A DNA stretch of 24,817 bases from Cyanobacteria bacterium P01_D01_bin.156 (lineage in GTDB: Bacteria > Cyanobacteriota > Cyanobacteriia > Phormidesmidales > Phormidesmidaceae), in contig JBCCQQ010000078.1 in NCBI GenBank assembly GCA_039024555.1, positions 1 to 24,817 on the forward strand, written 5' to 3'. Position 1 is the stretch's first letter, and every line of letters starts with the position of its first letter. This document shows positions 9,554-19,062 of the stretch, piece by piece. A model generated the notes under the pieces. That model had not been told where the DNA came from. It saw only the letters and a program-made list of their open reading frames with translations, and ran no database searches. The position numbers were made by a program, and so were the translations under genes.

Positions 9554-9618
9554 CCAAAAAGTTTGCCACCAAGGTCTCTTAGTAACTAACTAGAGACACT
9601 TGGTGGCAAACTTTTTGG
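9554..9618 (-). terminator. Long hairpin immediately downstream of the metalloprotease gene
   Basis: Perfect 20-bp arms CCAAAAAGTTTGCCACCAAG / CTTGGTGGCAAACTTTTTGG plus inner GTCTC/GAGAC; A5/T5 at the base; 13 nt from the stop. Confidence 0.75.
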
Positions 9619-9631
9619 TGTTTAAAGGAAC

Positions 9632-12600
9632 CTAGACGTAGCTAAATGCCTGACTGGTTAGATCTAGAGTCGTTGTGTTGTTGAATACTGCAATCAAATC
9701 GCTTCCACCAGCAGAACCTGGATTGGAAAGATAAAGATAAATATCACGCCCTTGAGTCTGCTGCGTATAGCTGACAGAACCTAACAGTTGAACCTGATCG
9801 ACAGCGGCATCGAAGTCAGTGATCGTTGCATAGTCGGCATCCCCTTGGGTGCCATAGTAAACCTGATCAGCATCAGCCAATATAAACACATCAGCACCTG
9901 AACCACCGGTCAACGTATCTTTTTCCGAGTACCCTACAGCAACTTCATCGGTTCCATTAAGCGTATCGTTACCAAGACCGCCGTAAAGTTGGTCATCTCC
10001 TGCCCCACCTCGCAGAATATCGTTAGAGACCTCTACTTGAATAAAATCAACATAGTCAAATCGAGTAAACTCTTCACCCTCAGAAAGACCGACAATTTCC
10101 AAGGTATCCAACTGGCTAATTGCTACACCTTTTGCAACCACACGACTAACTGCATTACTAATGCCTGCAGCATTACTGCCCAAGTCTTGATCCAGTACCC
10201 AGCTATCGAGTTCTTGGCTATTCAGCTTAACAGTTAACTCACCGTTACCGTCATTTTCGTCAAAGTAGCCAACGACAATATCGTAATAGCCTGTTTCTCC
10301 CATAAATACATGATTGGCTGTGTAATTGTTGTTAATGCCATAGGCCTTAACTAGAGCATCTCCCGATGCTATATCTCTTTCTTCAACTTGATAGTCACCA
10401 GAAATTGTCATAGTCTCTGCTTCAATTCGAGTGACTCCTGTCGGAATTGGTTCACTAGATGTTTCCACCTGAATAAACTCCACATAGTCAAATCGAGCAA
10501 ATTCATCTCCCTCAGAGAGACCTGTGATTTCAAGAGTATCCAGCTGGTTAATTGCTACACCTTTTGCAACCACACGGCTGACTGCATTGTTCGCACCAGC
10601 AGCATCGCTACCCAATTGCTGATCAAGCGCCCAACTATCCAGCTCTTGATTACCAAGTTTTACACTCAATTGAGCCCGTCCATCATTTTCATCAAAATAG
10701 CCAACCACAATATCGTAATAGCCCGTTTCCCCGGTAAATGTATGACTGGCCGTGTAACTCTTGTTGTCAGTACCAGAGGCTCTAACTAAATTACCTTTCG
10801 ATGCGACAGAGGTTTCTATAACCTCATAGTCACCAGAAAGTTCCATGGTCTCTGCTTCAATTCGGGTAGTGTCTCCAGGCAATGTAGGTGTTGAGAGAAG
10901 ATTACTATATTCTTCCACCTGAACAAACTCTACATAGTCGAATCGAGCAAATTCATCCCCTTCGGAAAGTCCTGTAATTTCAAGAACATCTAGTTGATTA
11001 ATTGCTACACCTTCAGCAACAGTGCGATTAACTAGATTAAACGTATGTGCAACATTGCTACCAAACGTTTTATCAAACACCCAGCTATCTAGCTCTTGAT
11101 CACCCAGCTTGACACTTAATTGAGCCCGACCATCATTCTCATCAAAATAGCCAACAACAATATTATAGTAGCCTGTTTCTCCGGTAAATGTATGACTGGC
11201 TGTATAACTCTTGTTGTCAGCACCAGAGGCTCTGACTAAACTTCCGCCCGATGCAACGGATGTATTTATAACTTCATAATCACCGGAATGCCTCATGGTT
11301 TCCGCTTCAATTCGGGTGGTCTCTCCTACTAGTCTAGATATTGTATTCGGATCCCTTAAAGTTTGGATTGCCGCATGTTCACTGTTAATTTCCAAACCAG
11401 GAATATTGTCACCATACAAAATATCGTCACCAGCTTCCCCATCTAGAACATCATTACCGGCGCCACCCACTAAGAGATCATTTTCATCTCCTCCCTCAAG
11501 GAGGTCATCTTGGCGACCACCGAGTAAGATATCCTGACCTTGATCGCCTTTCAGAACATCTTTGCCATCGCCACCTTTTAGGAGGTCGTCACCAGTACCA
11601 CCAGAAATAATGTCGTCGCCCGTCTCACCCAAAAGAATATCTGCGTCACCTTCGCCAGCCAAGAAATCATCCCCAGCCCCTCCATACAGAAAGTCATTAC
11701 CTTGAGCACCAAACAGAATATCGTTTCCGGCATCTCCCAGGAGAATATCGTTTTCTTCTTTTCCATCAATCAAATCTTCACCTATGGAACCATGGAGTAA
11801 ATCCTGAGTTTGCTGACCAGCTATAATCTTGTCAGAGTCTCCCTTAGTAAGGACATTTACAGTCTCATTAGATGAATCAGGAGACGTGTCTCCTCCTGCA
11901 GTTCCTGCGTCATTGAGATTTTGCTCAACCTCTTGCCACCAGCTAGCATAGCCCAGTTCAAACGCTTGCCACCAGCTAGCATACCCTAAATTGAGCATAC
12001 CGGTTTCAAATTCTTGCCACCAGCTGGCATAGCCCAACTCAAGCACTTGTTCTTCAAATATCTGCCACCAACTGGCATAGCCCAATTCAAGCACTTGCCC
12101 TTCAAACGCTTGCCACCAGCTGGCATAGCCTAGCTCAAGCAACCCGGCTTCAAATTCTTGCCACCAGCTGGCATAGCCTAAGGCTAACATCTGTTGTTCA
12201 AAAATATACCACCAGCTGCCATAGGAAACTTCTAGCATTTGTGGCTCGAACTGTTGCCACCAGCTGGCATAACCCAGATTGAGTGCATCTGTTGCCATAT
12301 CAGTTTCAAACTGTTGCCACCAGCTGGCATAGCCCAATTCAAGTACTTGACTTTCAAACGCCTGCCACCAGCTGGCATAGCCTAGCTCAGACATGGGTTG
12401 GTCAAACGCTTGCCACCAGCTGGCATAGCCTAGATTGAGCAGATCAGTTTCAAACTGTTGCCACCAGCTGGCATAGCCTAGCTCAACCATTTGATCCTTA
12501 AAGGCTTGCCACCAGCTGGCATAGCCCAAAGTGTACCAATCTTGCCCACTAGCAATAGCGGCTTCAACAGCCTCTACACCCACCTGAAAATCTTGGCTGA

Positions 12601-13573
12601 TGGTGGCTATGGCCTGGTCATAAAGACTGTTTAAATCTAGTTCTGCTTGGTGGGCATCATAGTCGACATCCCATCCTAGAGCGTCAAATGACTGTAAATC
12701 GAGCAGGGAAATATTTGTTCTTTCCTGGTACCCCAAGGTAGGATCCATAATCCCTAGTGCGTTTTGATAACGCTGCCAGTGACTTGCCTGATATTCGTCG
12801 CCTTCTTCAAATTCGGCCAGAGTTGTTGAGCCACCATCTAAGGAGAAGTATGTTGCTTTTCCAACCGTTAAATCACCAATGCTCCCGTCAGGGCTCTCGA
12901 TATTGACACTGGCATCGCTATAGCGCAGAAGATCAAGAGCAGTAAAACCTTCAGTGCGGACCTCCCCAGAATGTAGTTCAAAGGTTTTCATTAACCCATC
13001 TAAGCCACTGACAAAACCTAGACTATGACCTATCTCATGGAGAGCCATAGTCAAAAAATCTAAGGTGTCTGACGGAGCGTCTGATGCTCTTGTAAAGTCA
13101 TAGTTCCAGGCATAACTGTTATTAACCACCAAATATCCGTCTAAGGCAGCTGGCTTCTCAAGAACATCTTGGTCCCATGTATTACCATTGCTTAACCCAA
13201 GCGCTTTATCCATCCCTAGAGCTTTAGCTTGGGCACGGGTCACCATCAAGGTAGTATTGCCATCTACTAGCTGACCATCTATTAAAAAATCTACCGTATT
13301 ACCCTGCTGGAGAGCATTGAGAACAGAACCATCAGCCTCAGACGTGGCATCTAGTTTAAGATACTCTTGATATGTTCCATAGTGAACTTCGTGAAATAGT
13401 GGAACAGCTCCACCAACGGCCTTATTATTATTCAACGAATCAGCAGAGCTGACGTGAAGGTTGATTGTGGTATCGTCAGTCAGAAATTTTGACCAGATTG
13501 AAGCAGCTATTTGAAAGCCAACACGCTGCTCTAGAGTGACATTAAGGTCGTGGGTAAGCTTTATTTGGACCAT
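9632..13573 (-). CDS. Large secreted zinc metalloprotease (HExxHxLGF, NF038122-like) with Trp-rich repeat array, RTX Ca-binding repeats and three CBM-like domains
   Basis: HEIGHSLGF (HEIGH at 13025-13039), ASHW..GIMDP (probable third ligand and Met-turn), 13 LGYASWWQ-type repeats, GGxGxD nonapeptides, three RIEAETM..DENDG domains, RTX-type C-terminus, no obvious Sec signal. Confidence 0.88.
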   Translation of the reverse strand: MVQIKLTHDLNVTLEQRVGFQIAASIWSKFLTDDTTINLHVSSADSLNNNKAVGGAVPLFHEVHYGTYQEYLKLDATSEADGSVLNALQQGNTVDFLIDGQLVDGNTTLMVTRAQAKALGMDKALGLSNGNTWDQDVLEKPAALDGYLVVNNSYAWNYDFTRASDAPSDTLDFLTMALHEIGHSLGFVSGLDGLMKTFELHSGEVRTEGFTALDLLRYSDASVNIESPDGSIGDLTVGKATYFSLDGGSTTLAEFEEGDEYQASHWQRYQNALGIMDPTLGYQERTNISLLDLQSFDALGWDVDYDAHQAELDLNSLYDQAIATISQDFQVGVEAVEAAIASGQDWYTLGYASWWQAFKDQMVELGYASWWQQFETDLLNLGYASWWQAFDQPMSELGYASWWQAFESQVLELGYASWWQQFETDMATDALNLGYASWWQQFEPQMLEVSYGSWWYIFEQQMLALGYASWWQEFEAGLLELGYASWWQAFEGQVLELGYASWWQIFEEQVLELGYASWWQEFETGMLNLGYASWWQAFELGYASWWQEVEQNLNDAGTAGGDTSPDSSNETVNVLTKGDSDKIIAGQQTQDLLHGSIGEDLIDGKEENDILLGDAGNDILFGAQGNDFLYGGAGDDFLAGEGDADILLGETGDDIISGGTGDDLLKGGDGKDVLKGDQGQDILLGGRQDDLLEGGDENDLLVGGAGNDVLDGEAGDDILYGDNIPGLEINSEHAAIQTLRDPNTISRLVGETTRIEAETMRHSGDYEVINTSVASGGSLVRASGADNKSYTASHTFTGETGYYNIVVGYFDENDGRAQLSVKLGDQELDSWVFDKTFGSNVAHTFNLVNRTVAEGVAINQLDVLEITGLSEGDEFARFDYVEFVQVEEYSNLLSTPTLPGDTTRIEAETMELSGDYEVIETSVASKGNLVRASGTDNKSYTASHTFTGETGYYDIVVGYFDENDGRAQLSVKLGNQELDSWALDQQLGSDAAGANNAVSRVVAKGVAINQLDTLEITGLSEGDEFARFDYVEFIQVETSSEPIPTGVTRIEAETMTISGDYQVEERDIASGDALVKAYGINNNYTANHVFMGETGYYDIVVGYFDENDGNGELTVKLNSQELDSWVLDQDLGSNAAGISNAVSRVVAKGVAISQLDTLEIVGLSEGEEFTRFDYVDFIQVEVSNDILRGGAGDDQLYGGLGNDTLNGTDEVAVGYSEKDTLTGGSGADVFILADADQVYYGTQGDADYATITDFDAAVDQVQLLGSVSYTQQTQGRDIYLYLSNPGSAGGSDLIAVFNNTTTLDLTSQAFSYV
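10035..11317 (-). repeat. Three tandem ~400-bp domain copies (CBM6/CBM35-like)
   Basis: Units at about 10035-10432, 10468-10867 and 10918-11317 share TRIEAETM, TGYYxIVVGYFDENDG, QELDSW, RFDYVxF and long identical DNA stretches. Confidence 0.85.
11933..12529 (-). repeat. In-frame array of 13 LGYASWWQ-type repeats (48-nt period)
   Basis: Plus-strand core TTGCCACCAGCTGGCATAGCC; start-to-start spacings are one of 33 nt, ten of 48 nt and one of 60 nt, all multiples of 3. Confidence 0.97.
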
Positions 13574-13654
13574 GATTCTTTTTGACTTTCAAAGGGAGAT
13601 GCAGTTCAACAACCTATGATCTTTCCTATAGAAAGAAACATTACGAAGCAGTCA

Positions 13655-13713
13655 CTTCAATGTTGTTATCCATACAATTACATCGTGTAATTGTATGGAT
13701 AACAACATTGAAG
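13655..13713. repeat. Perfect 28-bp inverted repeat with 3-nt loop
   Basis: CTTCAATGTTGTTATCCATACAATTACA-tcg-TGTAATTGTATGGATAACAACATTGAAG. Confidence 0.97.
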
Positions 13714-14146
13714 AATGACAGAGAGACTATCTTGATGTTGTCTAGAATTGATCAGAACAGTTCAAAGATAAGCAGCAGCGATCTCCATGTCAGGAGTCTT
13801 TTCAGAAAGTTTTATTGAGCTTTAAAAACGAACATATCGTCAGTAGTTTGGCGGAATTTGTTTGTCCCTGTCTATTTAACAGACTCAGTATATTCAGGGA
13901 GACTAGAGGGTATTACGCAGGCTTGACATGCACTATTACCGATATGGGCATAACCAAATGTGCAGTTACAATCATGGCTTTACCCGTGCATTGATAGCGT
14001 TAAGAATACTCAGGTCACAAAAGACTTAAAGGAATTGGTTGATTCCGACAATTTACCGTTATTCCAAGACTCTAAATTGGGATAACCAAGCAACCCTATT
14101 AATTTAGTTCTATCCGTAACATTACCTAACCATCGCTAAATGGTTG

Positions 14147-14237
14147 GCCGTTGCTGATTGAGGGGATGACACGATCTGCAGAACTGACCAGTTGTCTGGA
14201 TATGACAGATACAACCATCTCGAGGATGAGCAACGCC
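14147..14237 (-). mobile_element. 91-bp MITE-like element, copy 2
   Basis: GCCGTTGCTGATTGAGGGGATG...GAGGATGAGCAACGCC; ungapped match to the reverse complement of copy 1 (about 18 mismatches by hand). No clear target duplication. Confidence 0.85.
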
Positions 14238-14377
14238 AGTTTTATTTATAGTTTTTAGATCTTGCACTCTGAAAGGTTATTACTGAGAGTTCCATTTCCT
14301 AGAGTAGTAACGGTATTTACGTAAGCTTGGTCGCAGACAGGAACGTACAAAAGAAGCAACTAAGTGAATCTACTTAA

Positions 14378-14713
14378 CTAATCCAGTGGCAAGATAGGAT
14401 CTCCTGCGGAAGACCATGGAGTATCCTGTCCTTTATCTAAATCAACTTCAATTTCCAAAAGGGATTCTAGCTGTTGCTTGAGTTGCTGCAACCACCCAGA
14501 TTCCTTTTCGAGCAAGGCATCAGACTCAGATTTTGATAGGATATTGATGGGGAGATCATGCTCTATTGAGTAACCTACATGTTGAGGGGAGGTCGTTTCT
14601 TCCTCAAACAAAATATTGATGACTTCCAATTCAACGCATTTGAGATCCTCTACGGAGAACATCATCAGATAGGGGGTAACTATAGTAAATTTCGGAGAAA
14701 ATTTAGATTTCAT
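14378..14713 (-). CDS. Hypothetical acidic protein (true start possibly the MMFS Met near 14666)
   Basis: 111-codon ORF in an otherwise empty interval, E/D/L-rich with a likely amphipathic helix; no family recognised. Confidence 0.55.
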   Translation of the reverse strand: MKSKFSPKFTIVTPYLMMFSVEDLKCVELEVINILFEEETTSPQHVGYSIEHDLPINILSKSESDALLEKESGWLQQLKQQLESLLEIEVDLDKGQDTPWSSAGDPILPLD

Positions 14714-14989
14714 ATTTACTAACTATCTAAGGTAGATGCAACAAAATTACTGTTGCAGTCATCCATGACAGAAACAATCCGGAAAAGTTCATATTTATTC
14801 AGATTTTATCTCAAGTTTACTCAGGTTCATAGCAGATTTATCTTTTGTCCACTTGAATTGGACAGCAATCTGACCAATGTTTGTACTAGGCTGTATTGAA
14901 TAAAACCCTCTCTAGTAATGCATTCTAGGAGTATTGACGTTGTAGATTCTCCATGTAAAACTACAACTCTTAACTATGTCGTTAAAGGA

Positions 14990-15028
14990 AAATAAGGAAA
15001 ATATTGATGCTGAAATTTCAATATTTCC
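14990..15028 (-). terminator. Possible AT-rich terminator after mfd
   Basis: AAATATTGA (14999-15007) / TCAATATTT (15018-15026) stem followed by a T-rich tract on the minus strand, about 60 nt past the mfd stop. Confidence 0.4.
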
Positions 15029-15089
15029 AAAACTCATTTTCCAAGAATGTTTTTAACATCACAGAGAGTTTTACGGGTAAATACTGAAT

Positions 15090-18000
15090 TCAAGATACAC
15101 CACTTCCTGCTAAGGCTGGCTCGTTTAAGGCTCCCCTCATGTGCCCCAACCACTCAATTAAATTCTCCAGCTGTTTATCTGGCTTCATTACCCCCAGTCC
15201 CCGCACTGTGACTTTACCTGAAGCATAAATAAAGCGTGATTTTAAGTGTCCTGGAACTTTCTCATGGAGCAGTTTCCAGGCCGGGGATTCCATGGGGGTT
15301 TCCAGTACTACATGCTGTTTACCCTCTGGTCTAATCTTGGCAAATCCCAAAGGCTTGGCTATTTGTTTTAGCTCCAACATTTTTACTAATTGCTCTACAG
15401 CCGGAGGAATAGCCCCAAACCGATCGTTCAAGTCCGTAACAATTTGCATGAGTTCTCGCTTTGTATCTGCTGCCACTAGGGAGCGATATACGCTCATTTT
15501 TTGATCTGTGTCCTCAATGTAATTGTTGGGAATAAACGCTGTTAGTTTTAGATCTAACTGAGTTTCATCCACTTGGGGAATTTCTTGACCACGAGTTTCA
15601 GCAATGGCTTCCTGAAGCATGTCCATGTATAAATCAAAGCCAATCACTTCCATCTGTCCTGACTGCTGGACTCCTAACAAGTTACCAATGCCGCGAATTT
15701 CCATATCTCGCATTGCCAACTGATAACCGGACCCTAGCTGGGTAAACTCTTGGATAGCGCGCAGACGTTTACGAGCTTTGTCAGAAAGTTTATCCTGGCG
15801 CGGGAAGAACAACCAAGCGTGAGCCTGAATTCCGGAGCGACCGACACGCCCTCGAAGTTGATACAGTTGAGATAGCCCAAACTTTTGGGAATCTTCGATC
15901 AAAATGGTATTTACTCGAGGAATATCTAGACCGGACTCAATAATGGTGGTACATACCATTAGATCTGCTTCACCATTGCTAAAGGCCAGCATGGTGGCTT
16001 CTAGTTCTCCTTCTGGCATTTGTCCATGGGCCACGGCTAGGCGAATAGAGGGAATCATTTCTCGGATGCGAGCAGCAGTCTCTTCAATCCCTTCCACCCG
16101 AGGTACTACATAAAATACCTGTCCTCCACGATCGAGCTCCTGACGAATGGCGGCTCGCACTTTTTCAGGATCGTAGGGGGCTAGGTGAGTCATGATAGGT
16201 CGCCGAGATGGAGGGGGCGTAGTGATAAGGCTCATCTCCCGTACGCCGGAAAGCGACATGTATAGTGTGCGGGGAATGGGGGTGGCACTCAACGTGAGGA
16301 CATCCACCTGGGTTTTCATGGCTTTAATTTTCTCTTTTTGGTTTACCCCAAATCGCTGTTCTTCATCTACAACTAACAGCCCTAAATCGTTAAACTTGAC
16401 AGCCTTGCCCAATAATTGATGGGTGCCAACGACGATATCTAGCTCGCCTGTGGCCAAACGCTGGATAATATCTTTTCGTTCATTAGCAGTTCTAAATCGA
16501 TTGAGCAGCCCTACTTGGATCGGATAAGGAGCAAATCGTTCCTTAATGGTGTGGTAGTGCTGCTGGGTCAAAATTGTCGTGGGGGCTAGCATAGCTACCT
16601 GCTTACCAGCGATAATGGCTTTAAAAATAGAGCGAATAGCTACTTCTGTTTTACCAAAGCCTACATCTCCACACACCAGACGATCCATGGGACGAGGGCT
16701 TTCCATATCCCGCTTGACATCCTGGGTGGCTTTGAGTTGGTCTGGGGTTGGCTGGTAGGGAAAAGAGTCTTCTAATTCCTGTTGCCAGGGCATATCAGGA
16801 GGATAGGTAAACCCTTCTAGCTCAGAACGCTGGGCATATAATTTGAGTAAATCTACAGCCACTTTTTGAATGGCTTTTCTAGCACGGGTTTTGGTCTTTT
16901 CCCATGCTTTTCCACTCATTTTATTGAGTGCGGGTTTTTTCTCTGCTGAAGCTCGAAATCTTGACAGGGAGGCCATTTGGTCAGCCGCCACCCGCAATAA
17001 TCCATCAGCATATTTGATGACCAGATATTCTCTAGTTTCTGCATCTAAGGTAAGACTTTCTAATTTTAGAAATTGTCCAATGCCGTGATTACGGTGAACG
17101 ACATAATCATTGGGCCGGAGCTTGTTAGGATCTACCTTTTTTGATGCGGCCCGACGACGTTTGCGGACATAGCTGGGGGTGGCCAGGGTGTGCTGACCAA
17201 AAAACTCTCGATCAGTAACAATACCAATACGGAACGTTGGTAAGATAAAGCCTTCTAGCTCAGCCAGACCAGAATACTTTACACCGACGGGAACATATTG
17301 GTTGTGGAGCTTTTCAATGGCCGGATAGTCTTTGGGGTTAGGAATAAACTGGGCTGGGCAGTCGTGCTCCTGTAGCAGGGCCACTGAACGACTGGGTTGA
17401 GCCGAGATTAACCAAATCTGGTGTTTGCGATCGCACTCCCCTCGTACGGTTTCAGCCAGTTTCCCAAACTGGTGAGGAATTGCTGGCACTGGGCGACTAG
17501 AAAGATTCAGCCCCTCACCTTCCTCGGAAATTTCCGATAGCAATACCCGAGCGAACAAGGATAAATCCTCTGATACTTCATCAAAGGGACGGTGGAGTCT
17601 AGGCAGCTCCTCACCAGGTAGCTGAATCTCGTCACTACTACCCAGAGTGTCGTTGACCTCGTGCCAATAATCATCCACCTGGTCATACCAACGACCACTG
17701 TGAGACCGACACTGATCTGGTTCATCAATGGCAATTAGCGTATCTTCAGGCAAATAATCCAGCAGTGAGGCTGGCTGGTCAAAAGCAATACCCAGAAACC
17801 GCCGTAGACCCTCTACCCGCTGTCCATTCTCATACGCTTCTTGGGCTTCCGACGCCATCAGATCCATGAGTACGCCCTTTTCGTCTAATTTCGACGCAAT
17901 TAGCGGGCTAAAATCCGTCGTTGTTAATAGTAGAGTGGAAACCTTATCCAACGATCGTTGGTTGGCTGGATCAAACTCCCGTAGTCGTTCCAGTTCATCT

Positions 18001-18599
18001 CCAAACAGTTCTAGTCGTACCGGCAGTTCCGCCGATACCGGAAACACATCGATAATGTCTCCACGCTGGCTCCACTGACCTTCCGTTTCCACTGTGGGGA
18101 CTTTTTCGTACCCTAAGGTGGCCAAAGTGCGGGCCAATTGCTTTAAATTCAGCTCCATTCCCTGCTCTAACTGTAGGCAGTAAGGCTTAAATGCCTCAAT
18201 AGGAGGTAAATGGGGCTGCAGTGCCCGTTCCGTTGCCACAATGACACTGGGCTGTTCGGTATCTTTTAATAGATCTGCCAACACCTGCAGCTGTCCCCAC
18301 GTCATCTCTGACTCTTGATCAAAGGGATCGTAGGGAGATGCCTCTGACGTAGGATACAGGGATACCCGAGGCCAACCCATGGCTTCTAGTTGAGCAGTCC
18401 AGCGTCCGGCTTCTTCTAGGGTAGCCGTTAGCACAAGCATAGGCCGTTGCTGCGCCTGAGCAAGGGCAGACGCCACTAACCCCTTTGGCAAACGGGGCAA
18501 CCCATTGAGCACTAAGTGCTGCTGCTTATCCAGTTTGGTGAGTAATTCTTGAGTTAATGCAGCCTTGCTTAAAGCACGGGTAACGGACGAAAAAGCCAT
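15090..18599 (-). CDS. mfd: Transcription-repair coupling factor Mfd
   Basis: UvrB-homology [67 protein letters not shown]. Start placed at ATG 18599. Confidence 0.98.
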   Translation of the reverse strand: MAFSSVTRALSKAALTQELLTKLDKQQHLVLNGLPRLPKGLVASALAQAQQRPMLVLTATLEEAGRWTAQLEAMGWPRVSLYPTSEASPYDPFDQESEMTWGQLQVLADLLKDTEQPSVIVATERALQPHLPPIEAFKPYCLQLEQGMELNLKQLARTLATLGYEKVPTVETEGQWSQRGDIIDVFPVSAELPVRLELFGDELERLREFDPANQRSLDKVSTLLLTTTDFSPLIASKLDEKGVLMDLMASEAQEAYENGQRVEGLRRFLGIAFDQPASLLDYLPEDTLIAIDEPDQCRSHSGRWYDQVDDYWHEVNDTLGSSDEIQLPGEELPRLHRPFDEVSEDLSLFARVLLSEISEEGEGLNLSSRPVPAIPHQFGKLAETVRGECDRKHQIWLISAQPSRSVALLQEHDCPAQFIPNPKDYPAIEKLHNQYVPVGVKYSGLAELEGFILPTFRIGIVTDREFFGQHTLATPSYVRKRRRAASKKVDPNKLRPNDYVVHRNHGIGQFLKLESLTLDAETREYLVIKYADGLLRVAADQMASLSRFRASAEKKPALNKMSGKAWEKTKTRARKAIQKVAVDLLKLYAQRSELEGFTYPPDMPWQQELEDSFPYQPTPDQLKATQDVKRDMESPRPMDRLVCGDVGFGKTEVAIRSIFKAIIAGKQVAMLAPTTILTQQHYHTIKERFAPYPIQVGLLNRFRTANERKDIIQRLATGELDIVVGTHQLLGKAVKFNDLGLLVVDEEQRFGVNQKEKIKAMKTQVDVLTLSATPIPRTLYMSLSGVREMSLITTPPPSRRPIMTHLAPYDPEKVRAAIRQELDRGGQVFYVVPRVEGIEETAARIREMIPSIRLAVAHGQMPEGELEATMLAFSNGEADLMVCTTIIESGLDIPRVNTILIEDSQKFGLSQLYQLRGRVGRSGIQAHAWLFFPRQDKLSDKARKRLRAIQEFTQLGSGYQLAMRDMEIRGIGNLLGVQQSGQMEVIGFDLYMDMLQEAIAETRGQEIPQVDETQLDLKLTAFIPNNYIEDTDQKMSVYRSLVAADTKRELMQIVTDLNDRFGAIPPAVEQLVKMLELKQIAKPLGFAKIRPEGKQHVVLETPMESPAWKLLHEKVPGHLKSRFIYASGKVTVRGLGVMKPDKQLENLIEWLGHMRGALNEPALAGSGVS

Positions 18600-18891
18600 G
18601 AAAGCAGTCAAGATGGGTTACAGCATCTATAGATTGTAGAACCTGATTTGTAGAACAGGAACAAAGTCTAGACTGGTTTAATAGCCACATGGGGTTCAAG
18701 CCCTAGACCCCATCGAATATTTACGAATTTCCACTCTCCTCAAGTTTTTGAAAACAAGAGCACACTGGTGAATAGCAATACTCGATAGATCCTTACATAG
18801 ATGTAATTCTTAGCAATTTTGATAGTGCATTAGCCCACCTGGCTGACTGATAATTATTGTGATAGCAACAGTCTTCTAGAGAATCACTTCT

Positions 18892-18982
18892 GCTGTTGCT
18901 GCTTGAGGGGATGAAACGATCTGTAGAACTGACCACTTACCTGGATATGACAGATACAACTATCCCCAGGATTAGCAATGCC
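18892..18982 (-). mobile_element. 91-bp MITE-like element, copy 3, with perfect 8-bp target-site duplication
   Basis: Flanked by TCACTTCT at both 18884-18891 and 18983-18990; about 12 mismatches to copy 2. Confidence 0.9.
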
Positions 18983-19062
18983 TCACTTCTTTTTGCTTTA
19001 AGTCTGACGTACTGTCTAACGTTGCTATCAAACACTGACACACAAATAAGGGGTTACTAACC

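Noticed and set aside
11933..12529. CRISPR-like array (21-nt partly palindromic repeat with variable spacers)
   Set aside because: All periods are multiples of 3 in an open frame, core changes are synonymous, spacers resemble each other, and no cas genes are present.
11933..12529. Diversity-generating retroelement target or template repeats
   Set aside because: No reverse transcriptase in the window, and differences are not restricted to adenines.
13666..13674. DnaA-box-like TTATCCATA in the palindrome arms (possible origin)
   Set aside because: Only 8/9 match, only the two mirrored copies, and no dnaA/dnaN or rep context.
13582..13818. 78-aa plus-strand ORF upstream of the protease
   Set aside because: TTG start, runs through the 28-bp palindrome, no recognisable protein features.
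13928..14029. 33-codon ORF MHYYRYGHNQMC...
   Set aside because: No convincing RBS or recognisable features; this length is expected by chance.
14307..14320. GTA-N8-TAC NtcA-like site
   Set aside because: Lacks the flanking T/A and is about 730 bp from the nearest downstream start; expected by chance.
15292..18078. Short antisense or alternate-frame ORFs within mfd (and similar ones within the ATP-grasp, Anbu, tadA, rpsD, AlkC-like and protease genes)
   Set aside because: Shadow ORFs overlapping well-supported genes, with no motifs of their own.
14147..18982. Composite transposon of MITE copies 2 and 3 carrying mfd
   Set aside because: Copy 3 has its own target duplication on both sides, indicating independent insertion, and mfd is a core gene.
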